Shown here: piece by piece, positions 57,301 through 64,000 of the stretch
How positions within the stretch are numbered: position 1 is the stretch's first letter
Layout of the letters: the number at the start of each line of letters is the position of its first letter
DNA from: a virus
Virus record (IMG/VR): IMGVR_UViG_3300008113_000108
Coordinates: 57,418 to 121,417 of that record
DNA length: 64,000 nucleotides
Reading direction: 5' to 3' (one strand)
Made by a program: the position numbers and the translations under genes
The notes under the pieces: model-generated
What the model was told of the DNA's origin: nothing
Seen by the model: only the letters and a program-made list of their open reading frames with translations
Database searches by the model: none

Positions 57301-60300
57301 CAATTACTAGAAGACCAACTGGAATCACTCCTTCTGCTGCATTTACAACTTCATTCATTGAAGCTGTAAATAACTTCGATAAGGAGACCAGAGTAACCTC
57401 CAACGTAAACTACCTATATCCTTCAATCAACGAAGAAGGTCCTACTTATGATGTAAGAAGAATCTGGAACCCACCACAAACAGATTCTCGTGTACTTGTA
57501 GAGCCAATTGCTGCAGGTAAGAGAGTTAAGGATCTATCCGTACCTAACGCTAAGTATTACAGAGGCGGTTCTACACCATTTGCAGATATTCCTGCAATGA
57601 CCTCTGTAACTGCAGAAGCAGTACATCGTCTTGTACAATCTCTTGATCTCAGATATGCACAGTCAACCACTGCATCAACCTCAAGAGTTGTAGTTGCTCC
57701 AGTTCTATCATGGGATAGCCGTGCTGGTGCAAATGAATATACTACTTCAGAAGTAAATATCTATGGTACTGGTTCTTTCCGTTATGGTGCAAATGGAACC
57801 AGACAAAGCATTCCTACAACTGCATCACCAAACGTATTTGGTATTGATGCAGAAGCTTCAGATAGAAGAATTCCAGTTGTAGCTGCTGGCGCTTCATTCA
57901 CTGCTCCATCTTCATCTAATTCAGATAGCATCAATAGTGCTGCACCAACAATTCCACTCTACAGACCATCCATCCTACGTGCATCTTCACACACCTGGGA
58001 ATATATCGGTTTAGGTTCTGGTAACTATTCAACTGGTTTCCCAAATCTGCAGACAAGAGTTCTCAAGAACTACGAACAGTTCATTGCACAGGGTTATGAA
58101 AACTCTGGTGGTTTCGTTGCTTCATCTGGTACAAACTCTAACGGCGACTTCTACATTGGAAACCAAGTTGTTCAGGCAGGTGGTACATCAACAGTAACTC
58201 TAAACGTACCTAAAGTACGTAAGTCTTCTGAGTCCAACTATGTTGATATCACTAACCTAGAGAACAGAATTTCTAACGCTGTTGTCAACGTAACTGCTGC
58301 AATTGGTAGAAATTCATCTTCACAGAATGCTCTAAAGGCACTATCAAACTTCTTCAACACTGCTAAGCTAAGTGTTACTGACCGTGCAACCATTCAGAGC
58401 TTGATTGTCAATGACAGACTATTCATTGCAAACACAAGAATCAACAATGGTTCAAACTTCCCAGAAGCAAACACCGAGGCATTTGGTTTCGTTAAGGCAG
58501 CAAGACCAGAGAAGACTGGTTTCATCTCAACTGATACCAATGACAGACTCTATGTTTCACCTAAGTTCCTCGATGCTTGGAGAATCAAGAGACAGCTAGT
58601 TTCAGCTTCTAACATTACTCTAGATAACAACAGAATTTATCTACAGCCACTAAGCAGAACTCTACTCGATAGTGCTTCAACTTCAACTTCAACTGGAATT
58701 ACAACTTCAACTTCAACTCTAACTGTAAAAGAATCTGCAGGTATTCCTACCTATGGTGTTCTTGATATTGACATGTCACTCAAGTATGTTGAAGTTGGTG
58801 ATTATCAAGTAGATGGAAGCAACAGAATCTATCTAAATCCAAGAATTAATGTTAACCTAAACTATACTACTATTGATTATACTTCAAATATCATCACTCT
58901 CAATGCAAACCAAAACTACATTGGAAGACAATCATATCTAGAAAACGTTCTAGGAACATCTGGATATAACTCTGTAATTAAGCATTGGTCCAGCCCAATT
59001 GATGATGGTGCAAGTGCAAGTGAGAAGGATATTAAGTATCTACGCTCAAATCTAACTCAGAACTTCAGTGTAAGTGCTGCAGGAAACCCAACTCCAGAAT
59101 CCCCAGTAAATCTATTCATCAGCACAACTGATTGGCCATCTTGGCCAGATCGTGGTGCAGTAACTCTAAGAGAATATCCAAAGAATGGTTCTTACAGATA
59201 TTCAACTTATGTTTACTACAAGGGAGCTACTGGTCAGTTAATTCTTGTCAGAAAGGTTGCAAACGCTTCTGGAAATGATACTGGACATACCTATAACGTA
59301 ACATATAATAATGGTTATGCTGGTATTCCTTCCAAGAACGTATTCTTCTCTGGTTGTACAACCACCGTATCCTTTGCTGATAGATGGGCAAGGGAAGAGC
59401 CATTCATTCCATCAGTTGAGTCAATTTCAGAAGATATCGACCTAGAATCTGCAACTCTATACACAGTTCCTGAAAAGTCAGTTGGTTATACTGGAGATAT
59501 TGATGACACCTTCATTAACAATAGCCTACCAAACCCATTCAGCTCCAAGGCTCTAGGTGTCAACCTACAGAACAGACAAGCTGTTAAGAAGTTTGCTCCA
59601 CTGACAACATTTGGTCAAGTACAAACATGGTGTGAGACTTCAGGATTCAACGTCAACGATAACGTTGAACTTCTAATGAAGCCTGGTTACTATAAACTAG
59701 ATGGTGCTTCATTCCCATGTAGAATTACAATTAATGGTACTGGTTTACAAAAGAGCAGCGTATTTGCTGGTAAAGAGCAGACTGGAACCTCACAAGGTAG
59801 AATGGGTGGTTATCTAGAAACCAGCACCAAGAGAGGAGATAGCATTTACTTCTATCGTGCCCCATCATTTGGGGATCAGTGGGGCAACAACACAGATAGA
59901 CTTTATACAACTGTAAGTGGTGGACTAACTTCTAAGGGTGGATTTGATCTTTCTAATGTTCACTTCCTAGGTCTAAATGATGCAGTAATCAAGAATGAAA
60001 TTCTCGATGAAGCATATTCAACTGATTCACTAATTTCTGAAGCAAGAAAGGCAGTTAGAAAGGCATATTACATTAAGAATACCAGCAACTTCCCAAATAC
60101 AACTACAACTGATGGAATTGCAGGAGCACTAACTTTCACTGCAAATACCACTGGTGGTCAAGGTAAAGCTACAATTAGCTACTATCTAAACAGTGATGAC
60201 ATCATGGTAGCTGCTCTAGGAGCTGCAACTGATGGTGATATCAACACTGCTGATAAGACAACTTCTCGCTACATGATTATTACCATTGAAGCGAATAAGT

Positions 60301-63300
60301 TCTTCAGCACATCTGATCAAAGACAATATTTTATCTGGGCAAGAAATTACATCATCCCAGGTACAACTCTATACTGGCTACCAAGTGGTGGAACTGTTTC
60401 ATCTGCAACAAGAAGTACCAAAGTAGTTAATGTCCGTTATACAAACCGTTCAGTAGCAACTACTTGGGACACCACTTCAACTGAAAAGATTGAAGTTCTA
60501 GTTTCAACTTATCAGGGCACTTCAAATAATACAAACAAAGGTAACAGTTCAGCATACACCAATGCTACTGAGGATCTAGATCTAAACAGTGGTGCTGGTG
60601 CATATACAAATGGTAATGACGCTAAGGCAGTATTTGTAAATGAAGATGGTGCAGAATTTGCATCTCTAACTTACAACTGGGCTCTCAATAATAGAAGAAG
60701 ATTCCTACCAAGAGGATTTGCTTTTGCTGGTGGTTATCAGGGTGCTATTATCTACACAGTTCAGTCAACTGCTGCAGAAGGTTCTACTTCACTAACTCTT
60801 GACAGCATTGAAGGTCTAAAGACTGGAGATATTATTTTCGGAACTAACATTCCTGCAGGTGCTACAATTACAGTACCAACTTCTGGAACCACTATTACTC
60901 TAAGTAATGCAGTTCTAGCTGGTGGTTGCCCATCAGGTTCAAAAGTTTCATTCACTCAAACCGATGACTTTGGCAACGAGATTGTTAAGTTTGACAAGCC
61001 AGAAATCTTTGGTATCATCAATGGTTATGAGCAGGGAACTATTAACCTAGTAGTTGACCTAAACCCAAGCGTTGATATTGATCCAACAATTCGTCAGTAT
61101 CCATTCACAGGATTCTCTTCCTATGTTGCAATGTTGATGCAATTTAAGTCATCAACAGGTGAAGATGGCGGGATTACACTTCCATACTTCTACAATGGAT
61201 TTAAGAGAATTACTGGTACAACATCTTCAAGATTCGTACTACTACAAGTTTCTCCTGGTGCTATTGCATCCATCAGCGATCCAACAAACCCAGCAGCAAA
61301 CGTAAACCCATACATCGACAACTCTGGTATTAACGCAGGTATTCTATCCAGATTCGCAACCTTCGGTCCATTCTCACTACAATCTGGTGGTGGTAAAGGA
61401 ACTGGATTTACTGCAAGCAACATTACTGCAAGCAATGTAAGCACAACTGCTGGTCTCAAGTCACTTCTAGATGCTGCAATCACCAATGGTGGTTCAGGTT
61501 ACAACACTGTAGCAACTGTAATCGTAAATCCAATCTCAGGTGCAACTGGAAGCGGAGCTACATTTAGTGTAAACATTAGCTCCACTGGAGCAATCACTTC
61601 ATTCAATGTAGGTGGAACAATTACCACTCCATACAACGGAAGCTTCTCAGTTACTGTTGTAGATAGAAAGGGCTTCATCATGGTTAACAATAGACTAGTT
61701 AGCCTCTCCACCACAAGCTTTAGAAATGATGAAGAATTCATTGCAGTTTGTAAGGAAAACCTACTCGTTGAAAACTGCCCATACCTAAGAAGTGGTACTA
61801 CTCAGACTAATACATTCGGTAAGAACATTTATCTAAACTGGCCATATTCACACAGAGCCCTCAGAAGAAGATTCCTTGCGGCATCACTACCAAACATTGG
61901 TAACTTCTGTGCTCCACTTGTTAACGTAGATGCAATCCCAGGTTCTAACGTACCATTTAATGTCATTGATGTTACCATCGGTGCTCAGTCTCCTGCAGAT
62001 ACTTCAGCAAACAGATTTGGCGGCGGATACTCTGGTGGCGTAATTCGTGCAAGAGGTTCAAACCTATCTCTCCGTGGTGTAAGAATCAGAGGAAACCTAT
62101 CACTAGATTGGACTGGTCTACTTTATACTGGATCTGCTAGAAACCAAGGTTCATTCACTTATGGTCACTCTGTAGAAATGCTACAGATGGAAGATGAGAA
62201 CAAGTTCTCACAACTAGGAAGTGGAAATGAATACACCATTGGTGTTGCTAAGGATGACGAAGACTTCCAGAGAAAGACTGAGTATGATCCAAGAAACAAC
62301 TGCTTCATCGAACCAGCTAAGGATCCATATGGAACACTTGCTGACGCAGACTCCAGAACATTCCCAATTAACACATATCAAGCTATCAGAAGGTTCAACC
62401 AGAAGACCACTTCAATTACAGTTGATGGCACTACCATCTCTGCAGGTGGTCTACTAACCAAGATTGAACTAACTGAAAGATATGAAACTCCATTCCCAAT
62501 TTACTATAATGATCTTGACACTGGATATACTGGAGATGAATCTGGTATTCGTCTAAGATGGAACAATACTGGTGCTTCTGTAAGCAGTGCTTCATCTGTA
62601 GGTGGAACACTAGCAGCAAGACAACTTTCATTCCTATATCGTGAAGACGATCAGGAAGTTGTATCTAACATCTTCCTTGGAGCATTTGCATCAAGAATTG
62701 TTAAGACTACAAACATTGCAACTTCATATGCAACCGTAACCAAAGTTCAACTTCCAACCACAGCATATAATGCTTCAGGAACAGCAACCAGTGGCGGCAC
62801 ATGGAGACTTGCACTGATTACATTCAGTGGATCAATTCCTCTCAGCACTGCAAATGGTTCAACCATTAAATTCCTAACAAACTATCTAACTACAAACAGA
62901 TATAAGTATATCACTACTTCAACTGCAAGATATGCTAAGCAAGAATATCAAGGTCATGCAGAACTCAATCTTGTAGAGACTGGAACTCCTCAATATGCAA
63001 TTCACTCTGATATCAGAGTTGAAAAAACAGGAACTCCAAGTGCAAACCTCAGCAGAAGCAACGTAGTTTACCTAGTAAATAATCGTGACTCTGCAGGAAC
63101 AACTCCAGGTAGAGCATACATTTCAACTGATGGTTCTGGAAACATCACTACATTTGATATCATTAGTTATGGTTCTGGACACCTAGAATCTGACACCTTC
63201 AAGATCACTTCTGACTCTGCAGGCACTAACATTGTAACTGGTGGTATCACTCTAACTGCTGTTAGAAACCTAACTGATGACATTCAGATGTTTGAGCCTG

Positions 63301-64000
63301 GTGAATTCATCGGTGTTCTTCCATCAAACTGCTTCGTTCTAAACAGCATCAACAACCCAAGCGTTGCAAACATTAAGGCAGAGCTACAAAAAGCTAAGCT
63401 AATCTTTAAGCCAGGAAGCTATGTATTGTTCAACGGTACATACTACAAGATTGCTAAGGACAGCGTTAGCTATTCTAACAAGCCATATCTAGGTGTTTAC
63501 AGATATGTAAACTCTCTAAACACTGCAGATATTCGTGCAAATATCGTAGTAATGCTTGAGGATGTTGAGTACAAGCCAACATATGGTTCTAATGTAAGAT
63601 TTGATATCTTTGATAACGATAACCTACTTGATTACTGGCCAACTTCTGGAAGATGTGTAATTGGAAACCTAGAAACTTGCGATTTCGTCAAGGGTGGAGA
63701 TCCAACTACAAATACTGGTTATACTCTAACTCTAACCAGAAGCATGACCAAGTACTACCCACACTATATTCGTGACTGGGAAGGTCTTGATCCTAATGAT
63801 TCTCTATCAGAAGATGTTACCGTTGAAAGCTTTGTTCCAACTACAATCAGACTTGCTGATCCAGTTGACGCAACTTGCTTCGGATTCAAGAGAATCAAGC
63901 CAGATACTTCAAACATCGCCAACGTTACCACCAAGGGTTATATTTCACCAACTGGTAAGTATTCAACCTCTGTCGCTAAGGTTTCAATTCCTTCAGCCGC
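54315..64000 (+). CDS. giant virion structural/tail fibre-like protein (>3200 aa, runs off window)
   Basis: ATG at 54315 after TATAAATA; same frame reads open at the window end and no closed ORF from this start appears in the track; YVN...RPFKSIERALLEA, SPYIFNCSLRS.LGMCG motifs of cyanophage fibre proteins. Confidence 0.85.
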   Translation, partial: MALTRITSGGIAPGVVIKFDNNNTPTSPAFSFNNPSDTGTGIYQPATNEIGIATAGQPRLIVKADGKVISYNEDGTPAVLGGTNPDFVNASNIMLYVNQSDLNATDALSNDGGNVNRPFKSIERALLEAARRSYVAGNSNDKFEAFTIMVMPGDYTIDNRPGVIGTNNLTFTNFEQELYKFNPKNGGVIVPRGTSIVGYDLRKTVIRPKFVPTPSGVLGADTGDAYRISHVLYDAANMMERNRGYIQEQAWLYAKSQYPSLTYLNDTCKRDIGYFIDGIISDLRQGGNQNSFIVGEFYTDGTTWKFLNSPNERAATKVAFNYARDLLVKAANNWAGSYAHTPLAGSTVTKTTFSAGVDYTVGNGDCSSVESAVTVLTSIVTGIIDYPDTYTTLYNKTPGVFEQTSIFKVTGGCYFWQMTFKDAKTAPFNGVTYNISGVPSFTTAADANYSHHKVVAFTYADQRTTDGELDQYYKKIDLWDTTIDGGNARQVKKEEYEIVGDRSKNTTIDTVNSCSPYIFNCSLRSVLGMCGMHTDGSKVAENSFKSMVVAQFTGISLQRDNNAFYQPKDLEGDNNNSLYNDSTGTTNPPIYADPDAEYRPEWRHFHIKASNGGFIQVVSVFAVGYADQFLAESGGDMSITNSNSNFGQISLRAKGAQFSAFAPASQGKITAVIPPRGISSTQSSAEFYAIDYSTTWQKNGQGDKIYNANQVATFTSNQNKFRIYLDIGGLNSENDIPELIVDAVDQTSGTTVTKRYLNFGSNGNYNLFRDYYSTSGTIAASEAKIQTTVETETGGVNTYTAAVAINGETAGETTGNNAQRQGYFWDPTVNKVYIKINADDAATDAFLSNFIFATTSESVFTTTETTNPDGSISIVTGTSNITVLQYFDGFPSTLATAKYIDNRASSPNDLLWRIEYTIPKGISTIPKPPEKRFVIKGTRPENGVDGMPYTDYRFMIWDVEEITSWEKNVRDGRYYLTVIRTDINKFVDSTANTPDTITRRPTGITPSAAFTTSFIEAVNNFDKETRVTSNVNYLYPSINEEGPTYDVRRIWNPPQTDSRVLVEPIAAGKRVKDLSVPNAKYYRGGSTPFADIPAMTSVTAEAVHRLVQSLDLRYAQSTTASTSRVVVAPVLSWDSRAGANEYTTSEVNIYGTGSFRYGANGTRQSIPTTASPNVFGIDAEASDRRIPVVAAGASFTAPSSSNSDSINSAAPTIPLYRPSILRASSHTWEYIGLGSGNYSTGFPNLQTRVLKNYEQFIAQGYENSGGFVASSGTNSNGDFYIGNQVVQAGGTSTVTLNVPKVRKSSESNYVDITNLENRISNAVVNVTAAIGRNSSSQNALKALSNFFNTAKLSVTDRATIQSLIVNDRLFIANTRINNGSNFPEANTEAFGFVKAARPEKTGFISTDTNDRLYVSPKFLDAWRIKRQLVSASNITLDNNRIYLQPLSRTLLDSASTSTSTGITTSTSTLTVKESAGIPTYGVLDIDMSLKYVEVGDYQVDGSNRIYLNPRINVNLNYTTIDYTSNIITLNANQNYIGRQSYLENVLGTSGYNSVIKHWSSPIDDGASASEKDIKYLRSNLTQNFSVSAAGNPTPESPVNLFISTTDWPSWPDRGAVTLREYPKNGSYRYSTYVYYKGATGQLILVRKVANASGNDTGHTYNVTYNNGYAGIPSKNVFFSGCTTTVSFADRWAREEPFIPSVESISEDIDLESATLYTVPEKSVGYTGDIDDTFINNSLPNPFSSKALGVNLQNRQAVKKFAPLTTFGQVQTWCETSGFNVNDNVELLMKPGYYKLDGASFPCRITINGTGLQKSSVFAGKEQTGTSQGRMGGYLETSTKRGDSIYFYRAPSFGDQWGNNTDRLYTTVSGGLTSKGGFDLSNVHFLGLNDAVIKNEILDEAYSTDSLISEARKAVRKAYYIKNTSNFPNTTTTDGIAGALTFTANTTGGQGKATISYYLNSDDIMVAALGAATDGDINTADKTTSRYMIITIEANKFFSTSDQRQYFIWARNYIIPGTTLYWLPSGGTVSSATRSTKVVNVRYTNRSVATTWDTTSTEKIEVLVSTYQGTSNNTNKGNSSAYTNATEDLDLNSGAGAYTNGNDAKAVFVNEDGAEFASLTYNWALNNRRRFLPRGFAFAGGYQGAIIYTVQSTAAEGSTSLTLDSIEGLKTGDIIFGTNIPAGATITVPTSGTTITLSNAVLAGGCPSGSKVSFTQTDDFGNEIVKFDKPEIFGIINGYEQGTINLVVDLNPSVDIDPTIRQYPFTGFSSYVAMLMQFKSSTGEDGGITLPYFYNGFKRITGTTSSRFVLLQVSPGAIASISDPTNPAANVNPYIDNSGINAGILSRFATFGPFSLQSGGGKGTGFTASNITASNVSTTAGLKSLLDAAITNGGSGYNTVATVIVNPISGATGSGATFSVNISSTGAITSFNVGGTITTPYNGSFSVTVVDRKGFIMVNNRLVSLSTTSFRNDEEFIAVCKENLLVENCPYLRSGTTQTNTFGKNIYLNWPYSHRALRRRFLAASLPNIGNFCAPLVNVDAIPGSNVPFNVIDVTIGAQSPADTSANRFGGGYSGGVIRARGSNLSLRGVRIRGNLSLDWTGLLYTGSARNQGSFTYGHSVEMLQMEDENKFSQLGSGNEYTIGVAKDDEDFQRKTEYDPRNNCFIEPAKDPYGTLADADSRTFPINTYQAIRRFNQKTTSITVDGTTISAGGLLTKIELTERYETPFPIYYNDLDTGYTGDESGIRLRWNNTGASVSSASSVGGTLAARQLSFLYREDDQEVVSNIFLGAFASRIVKTTNIATSYATVTKVQLPTTAYNASGTATSGGTWRLALITFSGSIPLSTANGSTIKFLTNYLTTNRYKYITTSTARYAKQEYQGHAELNLVETGTPQYAIHSDIRVEKTGTPSANLSRSNVVYLVNNRDSAGTTPGRAYISTDGSGNITTFDIISYGSGHLESDTFKITSDSAGTNIVTGGITLTAVRNLTDDIQMFEPGEFIGVLPSNCFVLNSINNPSVANIKAELQKAKLIFKPGSYVLFNGTYYKIAKDSVSYSNKPYLGVYRYVNSLNTADIRANIVVMLEDVEYKPTYGSNVRFDIFDNDNLLDYWPTSGRCVIGNLETCDFVKGGDPTTNTGYTLTLTRSMTKYYPHYIRDWEGLDPNDSLSEDVTVESFVPTTIRLADPVDATCFGFKRIKPDTSNIANVTTKGYISPTGKYSTSVAKVSIPSA

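Noticed and set aside
58670-58725. ACTTCA short tandem repeats
   Set aside because: They simply encode a Ser/Thr linker in the fibre protein

Overview
This is a 64-kb, AT-rich segment of a T4-like cyanomyovirus genome, probably infecting Synechococcus/Cyanobium-type hosts. The core T4-type replication genes are gp43, uvsX, gp41, gp61, nrdA/B, rnh, thyX, gp33, gp59 and gp32. Auxiliary genes are mazG, psbA (no psbD), two hli, cp12, phoH, speD and an SLH-porin. The window also holds a baseplate/tail module, two free-standing homing endonucleases, 11 canonical tRNAs and the 5' part of a giant (>3200 aa) tail-fibre-like gene. The most interesting signals are: (1) a tRNA region at 19.3-24.7 kb whose spacers are almost all occupied by structured RNAs (manA-like, wcaG-like, several unassigned folds, a repeated CGGA-loop/CUGGU module and tRNA mimics); (2) an apparent capsid-targeted cargo system, with a T4 IP-type MKTFTQFITE leader on a nucleotidyltransferase and a 954-aa protein built of basic modules separated by prohead-protease-like sites; (3) a candidate -1 frameshift joining gp26 to a start-less gp51-like ORF just upstream of the tape-measure-like genes; (4) HLR1/RpaB-like boxes at both the hli and psbA promoters. 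All calls come from reading the sequence and recalling motifs; no database searches were run.
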